From Candidatus Enterousia sp. (lineage in GTDB: Bacteria > Pseudomonadota > Alphaproteobacteria > Rs-D84): DNA of 64,000 bases. The notes under the pieces are model-generated. The model saw only the letters and a list, made by a program, of their open reading frames with translations. It was not told where the DNA came from and searched no databases. Below are positions 37,345 to 46,828 of the stretch, in pieces. Numbering within the stretch: the stretch's first letter is position 1; each line of letters begins with the position of its first letter. The stretch lies in the NCBI GenBank assembly GCA_045645725.1, contig JAZRJG010000021.1, positions 965-64,964 on the forward strand, in the 5' to 3' direction. The translations under genes and the position numbers were made by a program.

Positions 37345-38178
37345 TTAATCTTTTAATATTTTGATAGTTGTACGACGTGTTACCCATATCGCGAACAGAA
37401 TGATTGCAATGGGTAACAGTGCCAATGTTAACCAGCCACAACCCGACAGTCCCATCATCGCCATTAAGCCGACGCGGGTGCTGTGTGCCGCAGACAGCAT
37501 TAATAACAGTATGGGGGTGGCACAAACAAAGCCCAAACCACACGCGACAACGCATATGCGACCAACGATAATTTGCATTTGACGGGCGACAAAATTATCG
37601 GATGCGCCGATTTGGTTCAGTATTTCCAGTTCGCGACGGTGTAACATAGCGGTGTTTTTGGCGATATATGATATGCATATGCCGATAACAGACATTGTCA
37701 TTGCCAATATTAATGCGGTCATTAAAATCATATACCATCCCGCGTCAGTTGACGGTTTTAACGCGGCTGCATGTGTTAAAAATTTGGCGTTTTTGGATAT
37801 TTCGTTGCCGATTGTTTCCATGTCATCTTTGTTTTTGAACTTTAATTCCCACATTTTGGGCAGATAGTTTTTCAAAACATTGCCACCGGAAACCCAAGGC
37901 GCCATTAATTCGTTCATTTGGGTGTCAGATATTTCGGTTACTGTGTCGATTTTGTCGGCATTTGTTACCAGTATTTTTTTTATGGTGTCTTGTTTGTCTG
38001 TGTTGGTGACTTGGACCGTGGCGAACAGTTCCCATTGATTATTCCAACGCATTACGCCTGTGCCAATTGACAGGCATATGCCCAACGCCAATACGGACAG
38101 AAAGGTCAGCAGCGACATAATAATTGTCATGAATACAGATTGTTCATGTACCAAAGAAAATACGATTGGTTTTTTCAT
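37345..38178 (-). CDS. ftsX: cell division ABC transporter permease FtsX-like
   Basis: The 277-aa product has TM1, a ~90-aa periplasmic loop and three C-terminal TM helices. The coding region overlaps the upstream ABC ATPase gene by 4 nt. Confidence 0.75.
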   Translation of the reverse strand: MKKPIVFSLVHEQSVFMTIIMSLLTFLSVLALGICLSIGTGVMRWNNQWELFATVQVTNTDKQDTIKKILVTNADKIDTVTEISDTQMNELMAPWVSGGNVLKNYLPKMWELKFKNKDDMETIGNEISKNAKFLTHAAALKPSTDAGWYMILMTALILAMTMSVIGICISYIAKNTAMLHRRELEILNQIGASDNFVARQMQIIVGRICVVACGLGFVCATPILLLMLSAAHSTRVGLMAMMGLSGCGWLTLALLPIAIILFAIWVTRRTTIKILKD

Positions 38179-38969
38179 TGTGCGTTTCCAATATCGTCAA
38201 ATTGTTTTGAAAGTTCAGTGAAATAGTTTTTTGGACGTGGGCCTTTCCACATCTTTTTTGTTTCGGCATCTGGGCCGGTTTGTGTGTTTTGTGTGCCGGT
38301 AAAGGTTACGTGATGGTTTTCCACGCGGATTACCGGAAATTTATAAGTTTCCATAATATCGCGACTGTGTGTGGCCAAGATAATTGTTGTGCCAAACATT
38401 TTATTCATTTGGATAAACAGTTCCATTAATCGTTTGGCATTTTCGTCGTCCAAGTTTCCTGTTGGTTCGTCGGCCAATAAAATAGATGGTTGTGTAATAA
38501 TTGCGCGTGCAACGGATACGCGTTGTTGTTGGCCGCCGGCCAAAGTTTTTGGATTTGCGTCTGCGAATTTTCCCAATCCGACCCAATCCAATACTTTGGT
38601 TACCAATTTTTTTATTTTGTCTTCGGATACACCGCGCACGCGCAGGGGCAGGGCAACATTGTCAAAAACACTTAAATGGGACAGCAATGAATATTCTTGG
38701 AATACAATTGCCATTTTTTGGCGCAGTTGTGTGATTTCGTCGCGTGTCATATCGTTTGTGACGCGTCCGAATAACTTTATTTGCCCACGTGAAGGTTTGC
38801 GCAATTGATATATTAATCGCAGCAATGTTGTTTTGCCGGCGCCCGATACGCCCGACAGGAAATAAAATGCACCATTGCTGATGTTAAAAGAAACGTCCGT
38901 CAAAATTTCCGGTGTTCCGTCATATTTTGCGGCGACGTTTGCAAATGATATAGCTGTCTTTTCTTCCAT
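38175..38969 (-). CDS. ftsE: cell division ABC transporter ATP-binding protein FtsE-like
   Basis: The Walker A is GVSGAGKTT. The signature is LAGGQQQRVSVARAI. The Walker B is ILLADEPTGNLD. A ~40-aa C-terminal extension is present. Confidence 0.75.
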   Translation of the reverse strand: MEEKTAISFANVAAKYDGTPEILTDVSFNISNGAFYFLSGVSGAGKTTLLRLIYQLRKPSRGQIKLFGRVTNDMTRDEITQLRQKMAIVFQEYSLLSHLSVFDNVALPLRVRGVSEDKIKKLVTKVLDWVGLGKFADANPKTLAGGQQQRVSVARAIITQPSILLADEPTGNLDDENAKRLMELFIQMNKMFGTTIILATHSRDIMETYKFPVIRVENHHVTFTGTQNTQTGPDAETKKMWKGPRPKNYFTELSKQFDDIGNAQ

Positions 38970-39032
38970 GTTTGGAATATAGTAAATTTTTTTTATATGG
39001 TCAAATAAAAATGCCCCGTTTGGGGCATATTT

Positions 39033-39446
39033 TTATTCGGCTTTTTTCATTTGGCGCACACGTGTGGTTGTGTTACGATTTTTTTGCCAAACTTCTTCGC
39101 CGGTGCCCACATAGATTGGGTTTTCTTTACCAAAAGATATTGTTTTTACGCGTTCTGATTCAACGCCGTTTTGTGTGATAACGTGTGCGGCGTTACCGGC
39201 ACGCAATGCGCCCAGTGCCATGTTGTATTCAGACGAACCGCGTTCGTCACAGCGACCTTCTAAGACAATATATGTGTCTGGGTTTTTCTTTAAGAATAAT
39301 GCTTGGGATTCTAATTCTTTGCGTGCATCTTTAGAGATTTCTGCGGAATTATATGCGAAAAACGCGTGATTTCCTTCGATTTCGTTTGGTGTGTATGTAC
39401 ATGCCGATATTGCCAAAGCAGACACGCAAATTAATAATTTTTTCAT
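39033..39446 (-). CDS. pal: peptidoglycan-associated lipoprotein Pal (OmpA-family C-terminal domain)
   Basis: The RBS is AGGAAAGGA. The lipobox is LAISAC. The OmpA_C blocks are ...YIVLEGRCDERGSSEYNMALGALRAGNAAHVITQNGVESERVKTISFGKENP. The internal ATG at 39446 is chosen. Confidence 0.8.
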   Translation of the reverse strand: MKKLLICVSALAISACTYTPNEIEGNHAFFAYNSAEISKDARKELESQALFLKKNPDTYIVLEGRCDERGSSEYNMALGALRAGNAAHVITQNGVESERVKTISFGKENPIYVGTGEEVWQKNRNTTTRVRQMKKAE

Positions 39447-39587
39447 ATGGTTATCCTTTCCTGATTGTTGTTCGAACATAGGATAAGAATACCAAAAATT
39501 ACAAAAAGTTGTCAATAATCAATTTTTGTTTTTGGAATAGGGTGCGATTTGTGATATACTGTGACACAAATGGAAAGGAGTTTTGTT

Positions 39588-40328
39588 ATGAAAAAGATTG
39601 TGTCAGTTGCGGTTTTGGCTGCGTTGGTTTCGGGTATGGCGGATGCGGCGCCACGTCAATTGGAGCGCAACAATGACGGTGGTTACAAAGTTACATATGA
39701 TTATACAGATCGTTCCGAAGTGGGGCGTTGGTATTTGGGTGGCCGTTTGGATATGAATTTGTTAAGTTGGACAAACGAAAATTCGGTTGATGCGGCGGCG
39801 TCTGATGCGCATTTGTTGTCTGATGATTCTTTTACCGAAGTTTTGTTGGGTGGTAATATTTTTGTTGGTCACACATTTGAATATTTTTGGCGCGCAGAAT
39901 TAGAAGCCGGTGTTATTTCGGAATTCGAAGAAGAAGATTCTGGTACTTCGTTCAAAATGACGGTTCCATATTTGATGGCCAATGGTTATTACGATTTTGC
40001 AAATGATTTTTATGTTGGTATGGGGTTGGGTATGGCAATGCCAAAGGTTCGTTTGCAAGGTGTTCATTTTGTAAGTGGTGACAGTTCAAAACGCAGTGTT
40101 TCGCCAATGTTGGGCTTTATGGGCGGTTGGTCATATCATTTGGATTATAACCTGTTGTTAGATTTGCGTTATCGTTTGGGTGTGTTCTGGGGCCCAAAGA
40201 TTGAGCGCCAATTCCGTCATAATGTTGACACTGGTGCCGACGGTAATTTTGCGATTTATGATATCAGTGCCGATACCGGTATGGTGTTTGACAATTCGAT
40301 ATCTGTGGGCATCAGATACGAATTTTAA
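39588..40328 (+). CDS. outer membrane beta-barrel protein (porin-like, OMP beta-barrel family)
   Basis: The RBS is AAAGGAG. The signal peptide is MKKIVSVAVLAALVSGMADA. Aromatic-rich amphipathic strands are present. The C-terminal is ...ISVGIRYEF. Confidence 0.7.
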   Translation: MKKIVSVAVLAALVSGMADAAPRQLERNNDGGYKVTYDYTDRSEVGRWYLGGRLDMNLLSWTNENSVDAAASDAHLLSDDSFTEVLLGGNIFVGHTFEYFWRAELEAGVISEFEEEDSGTSFKMTVPYLMANGYYDFANDFYVGMGLGMAMPKVRLQGVHFVSGDSSKRSVSPMLGFMGGWSYHLDYNLLLDLRYRLGVFWGPKIERQFRHNVDTGADGNFAIYDISADTGMVFDNSISVGIRYEF

Positions 40329-40407
40329 AAAAAAATAGGAAATAATAAAAAAAGTGCTTTGTGGCGATTCGCAAATGTGATATTATATAAAGCATCAGAG
40401 AGAGAAC

Positions 40408-42609
40408 ATGAAATACGAATTTAAAATATCTACTTTATCGATTGTTTGCGTGTTGTGTGCGGCGATGTCTGCGCCTGCGTTTGGTGCGCCGGCGGTTCGT
40501 TCGTTGGGTGGTGCGGGTACGTACGTTGGTTCAACGGGTGCGACGGCGGCCAAAGCAACGGGTACGTCTAAACCGGCAACAGCAACGGTGAAATCGGTTC
40601 GTGGTGGATCGATGCGTGTGAATCCGGCGGCGACATCTGGCACCACGTCAACACGTGCGTCATCAACCCGTGCGTCGTCAACACCGCGTTTGTCAATTGG
40701 TAAATACCTGTCGGGCAGCAGCACCGCCGTCAGTGGTACTGTAAAACCGGTTGATCCGGAATTGTCTGCGGGTAATTTGCAAGATCGTATTGAAGTTTTG
40801 GAAGATTATTTGGGCTATACCGAAGGTGATGCGCCATTGAAGGCCGGTGTTGCCGCAATGGAATTGGATGTTCAGAAATTAAAGCAAGATTTGTCCGAAA
40901 TGCTGGGGACGCAAATTGACGTTGTTTATGGCACAGATGGGGTTTTGACGATTAAACGTGGTTCGGATACGATTGTTTCGGAAAAGTTTGTAACCGCGGC
41001 GGATTTGCAAAATGCGATTAATGATGCGGTTGATGGTGTTGTGACATCTGATATGTTGGATGTTGTTGAACAAGATATTGCAGGTATCAAATCCGAAGTT
41101 TCTACATTGACCGAAGCGGATAAAGCGTTACAAGATGCGATTGATGCGTTGGAATCGGCACAGGGTGGCACGGATTCAACAACAGCCGAATTGTCGAACC
41201 AGATTGAAGATTTGCAAGCCGCCCAAGAATCATTGCAGACCGTGGTTGATGGTTTGGCGTCCAAAAATTTCGTAGAAGACACGTATGTTGATTCTGCGGT
41301 TGCGGGCGCGGTTGAGAATTTGACGGCTGCGGACGATTTGATTAAACAAATGATTGCGGATTTACAGGGTGGAAACACAACGTCTTTGTCCGAATTGGCG
41401 ACGGCAATCGAAGCATTGAAATCGGCCGATACGGGTATTAATACCGCGGTTGAAGCGATTGTGGCGGATGTTGCGGCATTGGAAACAGCAATGGCGGATG
41501 TTGAAAAGGCATTGGAAACATTTACAACCACCGAAATCACAAACAATTTGACGCAACGTGTTGTTGAATTGGAAACAAAATTGGCGGGTGTTGATTTGTC
41601 TTCGTTCGCGACAATCGCTGATTTGAATTTGGCCAAGGATGAATTATCAGATGCGTTTTCAGAATTACTGACGACCGTTACCAACAAACATAACGCGGAT
41701 ATCGAATCATTACAGGGTGCATTGGAAGCACTGAAATCTGCCGGTATTGTGACGGATGCTACATTTGCGGAGTTACAGGATAAAGTTTCGGAAATCGCGG
41801 CGGACTATGCCACAGACGGTGAAGTGTCCGATGCGGTTGCGGCGGCGCGCAATGCATTACAAGATTTAATCGATGCAAATGCGATTGCGATTGCGGCAAA
41901 TACATCTGCGATTGCGAAAAATGCAGCGGATATTGCGACAAACACGTCTGCGATTGCGTCGGTACAAACAACGGCGGAATCGGCGTTGGATTTGGCGAAT
42001 TCAAATGCGGCCGAATTGGTTACGGTTAATGAAACGTTACCAACATTGGTGACCAAAGGTGAATTGGCCGAATTGCAGGATGATTTGAATGGTTTGATTG
42101 CCGAAGAAATTAAGAATGGTAATTTTGCGGCGGCGGCGGATTTGGCTGCGGCACAAAATGAAATTGGTAATTTGAAAACCGGTGCGATTAAAACAGCGGA
42201 ATCAATTGCTGAATTGCAGTCCAAGATGGAAGACATCTATAAAAAATATGCAACCAAGGAAGAATTATCGGCTGCGGAATTGCGTTTGACCACAACGATG
42301 GAAAGTTTGGGTAAACGTGTTTCGGTAAATGAAGCGGCAATTGAAGAATTGCGTACGGCCGTTGCCGGCAAAGTTGACAGTACGACATTGGCAACCACGG
42401 TTCAAGAATTGGTTGAACAAAACAAAATTACTATACCAATTGCCGACGGGTCGATTACAACCGCAAAGTTGGCAGATGGTGCGGTTACGTCGGGTAAAAT
42501 GAGCGTTAACGGTTTTGAACCGGGCCAAATGGCGATGTTCATGAACTATGGCGGTGTTGGTGAATGGGTATTGGTGAACGTTGCGACGGCCCAAAACGTT
42601 TCCGAATAA
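40408..42609 (+). CDS. secreted Ala/Thr-rich coiled-coil surface protein S1 (733 aa)
   Basis: The signal peptide is MKYEFKISTLSIVCVLCAAMSAPAFG. An N-terminal Ser/Thr/Arg-rich low-complexity region is present. A long heptad-like alpha-helical region follows. The C-terminal has ...[23 protein letters not shown]... decapeptide repeats. The terminal ...GEWVLVNVATAQNVSE ends in an aromatic motif. Confidence 0.6.
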   Translation: MKYEFKISTLSIVCVLCAAMSAPAFGAPAVRSLGGAGTYVGSTGATAAKATGTSKPATATVKSVRGGSMRVNPAATSGTTSTRASSTRASSTPRLSIGKYLSGSSTAVSGTVKPVDPELSAGNLQDRIEVLEDYLGYTEGDAPLKAGVAAMELDVQKLKQDLSEMLGTQIDVVYGTDGVLTIKRGSDTIVSEKFVTAADLQNAINDAVDGVVTSDMLDVVEQDIAGIKSEVSTLTEADKALQDAIDALESAQGGTDSTTAELSNQIEDLQAAQESLQTVVDGLASKNFVEDTYVDSAVAGAVENLTAADDLIKQMIADLQGGNTTSLSELATAIEALKSADTGINTAVEAIVADVAALETAMADVEKALETFTTTEITNNLTQRVVELETKLAGVDLSSFATIADLNLAKDELSDAFSELLTTVTNKHNADIESLQGALEALKSAGIVTDATFAELQDKVSEIAADYATDGEVSDAVAAARNALQDLIDANAIAIAANTSAIAKNAADIATNTSAIASVQTTAESALDLANSNAAELVTVNETLPTLVTKGELAELQDDLNGLIAEEIKNGNFAAAADLAAAQNEIGNLKTGAIKTAESIAELQSKMEDIYKKYATKEELSAAELRLTTTMESLGKRVSVNEAAIEELRTAVAGKVDSTTLATTVQELVEQNKITIPIADGSITTAKLADGAVTSGKMSVNGFEPGQMAMFMNYGGVGEWVLVNVATAQNVSE

Positions 42610-42699
42610 CACGTACACACAGGAATTGGAAAGTAAAAACGACCCGCATGGGTCACAACAAAAAAACAAAACAAAACAAAAAAAGAAAGGAAGGAAACC

Positions 42700-43869
42700 A
42701 TGAAAGTAAAAAACATTATGTTCTCAGGATTTGCAGCAGCAATCTTGATGGGCGTTGGCGCAGCAAACGCTGTCACCGGTCCTGTAACCTTGGCGGATAA
42801 GGGCTACGTTGATGAGAAAGTTAATTTGGTCGCTGGTCAAAAAGAAGCGGTTGCAAATAAAATGAATGCAACAACAGCGAAAGCGGCGAATTTGGATACT
42901 TTGGCGGCTGATGAAGCGAATTATCCATCTGTTGCAGCGGCTGTTGAAATTGCTGATAAAAAAGCATCATCTGTTTTGGAAAAAGTAAATGCCAATGCGG
43001 GTAATTTGAATACTTTGATTTCTGATGTTGCTACTTTAAAGGGGGATGCTGAAGAAGAGGGGTCTGTTGCTCATTCTATCGCAGCAGCTTTGAAAACTGC
43101 AGAAGATGATGCGACAACAAAAGCTGATAAGGCATTGGCGGATGCAAAAGATTATACGAATACAAAAGTTGGCGAATTGGGCACAGCTGAAAGCGTAGTA
43201 GCGTATGTTGATGCGAAAGCGGCTGAAGCACAGCAGGCAGCGGTTGATGCGGCGGATGCTGCGGCAGCACTTGCTATTGAAAATTCTGGTCACGCAAAGG
43301 CGACAGAAGTTGCAGCAACATATGAAACAAAAGACGATGCATCATCTAAATTGGCTGAAGCAAAGAAATATACTGATGATGAAATTGCAGAGTTAAATGT
43401 TTCTCAGTATGCAACAAAAGCTGAAATAACCCAGGCTGACTATGCATCTAAAACAGAAGCAGAGGGTTATGCAACGGCAGCTGTAAATGCATTGAATATC
43501 GGTGATTATGCAAAAACAGCAGATGTTCAAGCGACATATGCAACAAAAACTGAAATAAGCAATGCTAACTATGCATCTAAAACAGAAGCAGAAGGTTATG
43601 CAACGGCAGCTGTAAATGCATTGAATATCGGTGATTATGCAAAAACAGCAGATGTTGCAGCGACATATGAAACAAAAGAAAGTGCAGCAGCATATGCAAA
43701 AACAGCAGATGTTAATGCAGAATTGGCCAAGAAATTGAACAAAACTGCAATTGACAATGCGGCTGGTACATACATGGTAACAAGCGACGGTGCAGGTAAC
43801 TTTACTTATACCAAAGTATTGGTTGCAACTGGTGTTGATGGCGAAGGTAACGCAGAGATTACTGAATAA
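42700..43869 (+). CDS. secreted Ala-rich coiled-coil surface protein S2 (389 aa), paralog of S3
   Basis: The RBS is AGGAAGGAAACC. The signal peptide is MKVKNIMFSGFAAAILMGVGAANA. The mature N-terminus has ADKGYVDEKV. Repeats of K.YTD/YA.K are present. An internal 43-aa near-perfect tandem duplication is present. The C-terminal is ...GNFTYTKVLVATGVDGEGNAEITE. Confidence 0.6.
   Translation: MKVKNIMFSGFAAAILMGVGAANAVTGPVTLADKGYVDEKVNLVAGQKEAVANKMNATTAKAANLDTLAADEANYPSVAAAVEIADKKASSVLEKVNANAGNLNTLISDVATLKGDAEEEGSVAHSIAAALKTAEDDATTKADKALADAKDYTNTKVGELGTAESVVAYVDAKAAEAQQAAVDAADAAAALAIENSGHAKATEVAATYETKDDASSKLAEAKKYTDDEIAELNVSQYATKAEITQADYASKTEAEGYATAAVNALNIGDYAKTADVQATYATKTEISNANYASKTEAEGYATAAVNALNIGDYAKTADVAATYETKESAAAYAKTADVNAELAKKLNKTAIDNAAGTYMVTSDGAGNFTYTKVLVATGVDGEGNAEITE
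43439..43656 (+). repeat. intragenic tandem repeat (2 x ~129 bp) inside S2
   Basis: The unit ctatgcatctaaaacagaagcaga(g/a)ggttatgcaacggcagctgtaaatgcattgaatatcggtgattatgcaaaaacagcagatgtt occurs at about 43439-43527 and 43568-43656. Both copies encode DYASKTEAEGYATAAVNALNIGDYAKTADV. Confidence 0.8.
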
Positions 43870-43931
43870 TAAAAATAACGGACAAGACCCCGTCGTAATG
43901 GCGGGGCATGATGGAAAGAAAGGATATTAAC

Positions 43932-45398
43932 ATGAAAGTTAAAAATATTATGTTCTCGGGCTTTATGGCGATGGTCTTGGCCGGTGCGTGTGGTGCGGCA
44001 AATGCACAAATTGTTGTTGCGTCACAAAAATATGTTGACGATAAGGTCACAACTTTGAATTCCAAAGATACCGAATTGTCTGTAAAAATTACGGCTTTGG
44101 AAGATGCAAATAAAACAGGTGGTGCGGTTGCAGACGCAATTGCCGCCGCCCAAGGTGCCGCAGATGCCGCCCAATCAGATGTTGATACTTTGGCCGGTAA
44201 AATGAATTTGGACAGCGCGGACAGCGATTTGTCACAGGCGTTGGCACTAAAAGAAGATGCAGCAAATAAATTAGATTCTAGCCAAATCGATTTGTTAAAC
44301 ACAGATGGTACGGTTAATAAAGATGCAGTGAATACTTTGGTTGGTAATGATACAAAATTCCCAACGGTTGGTGCGGCGGTTGAAATCGCAAATGCAAAAG
44401 CACAACAGGTTTTGGAAAATGTTAATTCTGTTTCCGCTAATTTGGGTACATTGACATCAAAGGTTGATGAACATACAGCTTCTATTGAAATATTAGAAGG
44501 CGGTGAAGGTGTAACTGGTTCGGTTGCAAATCAAGTAAAAGCCGAAGCAGACCGCGCAACACAAGCAGAAGCGGGTTTAGCCCAAGCAATTGCAGATGAA
44601 AAATCCCGCGCAGAAGCAGCAGAACAAGGTCTGCAAACTGCAATTAATGCGATTAATAACGGTGAAACGGGTGCTTTGGCGACGGCAAAAGGTTATGCAG
44701 ATGAAAAAGTTGCGGCAGAAAAAGAACGTGCCGAAGCAGCAGAACAAGCAAATGCACAGGCGATTTTAGATGCAAAAACAGAATTGAAAGGTTATGCGGA
44801 TGCCGCAGAATCAGATGCAGTGACCACTGCAAACGCTTATACAGATTCTCAGGTTTCGACCTTGACGAGCCAGACAGCCAATAATACGGGTGCGATTGCT
44901 CAATTGCGTACAGATGTAAATGCTGCTGGGGTGGCAATTGATGATATTGCAAAAGAAGGTGGTACGATTGATCAGAAAGTTTCTGCTTTGGAAACAAAAT
45001 TAATGGATGATACAAATGGTACGGTTACTGCGGCAGTGGCGGCGGAAAAAACACGTGCCGAAGGTAAAGAAGCCGAATTGGCGACTGCGATTTCAAATGA
45101 AAAAACACGTGCCGAAGGTGAAGAAACCAGAATTGAGGGTTTGGTAACTGCGGAGAAAGAACGTGCAATGGGTGTAGAAGAAGGTCTGCAAAATTCAATT
45201 AATGCGATTAATAACGACACCAATGGTATTTATGCTAAGGCAAAACAATATACAGATGCAGGGTTGAATACAATTTATAGCAATGCAAGTGAATGTATTG
45301 CGGATTCTGACTCAAATAATTGTATTTTGTCGGCACGTACCGGAACAGACGGAAACCCAATGTATGTCTGGATTTCTTTGACTGCACCGGCAGAATAA
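43932..45398 (+). CDS. secreted Ala-rich coiled-coil surface protein S3 (488 aa)
   Basis: The RBS is AAAGGA. The signal peptide is MKVKNIMFSGFMAMVLAGACGAANA, nearly identical to S2. The mature N-terminus has ASQKYVDDKV. The repeats read ...KGYADEKVAAEKERAEAAEQ... and ...EKTRAEGKEAEL.../...EKTRAEGEETRI... The C-terminal is ...NPMYVWISLTAPAE. Confidence 0.6.
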   Translation: MKVKNIMFSGFMAMVLAGACGAANAQIVVASQKYVDDKVTTLNSKDTELSVKITALEDANKTGGAVADAIAAAQGAADAAQSDVDTLAGKMNLDSADSDLSQALALKEDAANKLDSSQIDLLNTDGTVNKDAVNTLVGNDTKFPTVGAAVEIANAKAQQVLENVNSVSANLGTLTSKVDEHTASIEILEGGEGVTGSVANQVKAEADRATQAEAGLAQAIADEKSRAEAAEQGLQTAINAINNGETGALATAKGYADEKVAAEKERAEAAEQANAQAILDAKTELKGYADAAESDAVTTANAYTDSQVSTLTSQTANNTGAIAQLRTDVNAAGVAIDDIAKEGGTIDQKVSALETKLMDDTNGTVTAAVAAEKTRAEGKEAELATAISNEKTRAEGEETRIEGLVTAEKERAMGVEEGLQNSINAINNDTNGIYAKAKQYTDAGLNTIYSNASECIADSDSNNCILSARTGTDGNPMYVWISLTAPAE

Positions 45399-45511
45399 TT
45401 ATTTCCTAAAAAATATTTTTAAAAAAAAAGTGTGTAAAGTGTAATTTTGCACTTTACACACTTGGTCAAAAAATGATATTATAGAATCATCGAAAGGAAG
45501 GATGGGATTTT

Positions 45512-46711
45512 ATGAAACGTTTAACAGCAGGTATCTTTGCGGTTTTAATGGGTTTGGTATCCGTTAATGGTGCAGATGCTGCCGTTACGTCCGAAGCATG
45601 GGTTAGACAAGAATTGGCTAAAAAACAAGATTTGTTGGACAATGATAATGCCGGAACAAACGTAACTATTTCATCAGATCATAAAATTAATGTTCAAACA
45701 ACCGATACTGCGGCCGCGAACAGTGTTGTGCCTGCGTCGGCGGGTTTGGTGCATACGGTTATGACCGATGCTGCGACGGCGCGTTCGGGTTTGGATACGC
45801 GTATCACCGCAAATGAAACAGCAGTTTCGAATTTGCAATCGGGTAAAGCGGATAAAGGTACAAAATTATCCGATTATGGTATTACAGATGCGTATACCAA
45901 AGGCGAAACCGATACGAAAATTGCCGATGCTGTGAAAGATACAATGGAAGGTGATGTTTCTGCGGCATTGGGTGATTATTTGTTGAAAACAGAAGCAGAA
46001 GCACTGTATGAAACAATTGCTGCGGCCCAGGCGACAAATAGTGCCCAGACAACAAAAATTGATGCGAATACTGCGGCGGTTGCCACGTTAAATGGTAATG
46101 AATCTGTTGAGGGTTCGGTCGCGAAAAAGATTGCTGATTCTATTCAGGCAATGTCTTTGGTCGATGTTGCCAAGGATCGTGAATTTGTGACATTGGTTTC
46201 ACAAACAAATGGTAAGATTTCGGTTGAACGTCGTGCATTGAAACAGTCCGATATCCCAACAATTACACTTAGTCAGGTTGGTATCGATAATGGTACAGAT
46301 TGGCGCACGTTGATGCAGATGTTGGCGGATACCGAAGGTTCGATTCAATTGGTTGCAACAAAAAGTGGTTTGCAAAATTTGGTAATCCGTAATGGTGCAA
46401 TCACATCCAGTATGATTGCCAATGGTGCGGTTACGACAGATAAATTGGCCGACGGTGCGGTTACGGGCAATAAATTGAGTGATGGTGCGGTTACCGGAAA
46501 AAAATTGGGTGACGGTTCGGTAACAAAAGATAAGATTGGTGCGGGTGCCGTTGATGCCACCAAGTTGGCCGAGGCGGTTCAGAATCAATTAAATGGTGCT
46601 TTACAGGCGCCGGAATCATATGCGGCGACATCGACGGGTACTTTGGTATTGACGGCGACGCCACAGGGTGATGGATCATATGCTTATTCGTGGGAAGATA
46701 TTTCACGTTAA
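45512..46711 (+). CDS. secreted surface protein S4 (399 aa) with tail-fibre-like decapeptide repeats
   Basis: The RBS is GAAAGGAAGGA. The signal peptide is ...[12 protein letters not shown]. The N-terminus is [13 protein letters not shown]. The block [25 protein letters not shown] is present. Six consecutive decapeptides AVTxxKLxDG are present ([54 protein letters not shown]). The C-terminal is ...[12 protein letters not shown]. Confidence 0.6.
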   Translation: MKRLTAGIFAVLMGLVSVNGADAAVTSEAWVRQELAKKQDLLDNDNAGTNVTISSDHKINVQTTDTAAANSVVPASAGLVHTVMTDAATARSGLDTRITANETAVSNLQSGKADKGTKLSDYGITDAYTKGETDTKIADAVKDTMEGDVSAALGDYLLKTEAEALYETIAAAQATNSAQTTKIDANTAAVATLNGNESVEGSVAKKIADSIQAMSLVDVAKDREFVTLVSQTNGKISVERRALKQSDIPTITLSQVGIDNGTDWRTLMQMLADTEGSIQLVATKSGLQNLVIRNGAITSSMIANGAVTTDKLADGAVTGNKLSDGAVTGKKLGDGSVTKDKIGAGAVDATKLAEAVQNQLNGALQAPESYAATSTGTLVLTATPQGDGSYAYSWEDISR

Positions 46712-46828
46712 GTATGTCAGTTTGAAAACAGTCATAATCGATTTGGATTCGGTTTTGGCGAAACAAAATGTCACGGTGCGGTTTTCCAATCTGTGGCGAA
46801 ATAAAACCAAGAAAGAAAGGAAAGAAAA

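Noticed and set aside
40926-41687. 253-aa minus-strand ORF inside S1. Similar antisense ORFs occur within S2-S5 and the Cys-rich gene.
   Set aside because: Ala-rich coding repeats give long open antisense frames. The sense frames have signal peptides, RBSs and terminators.
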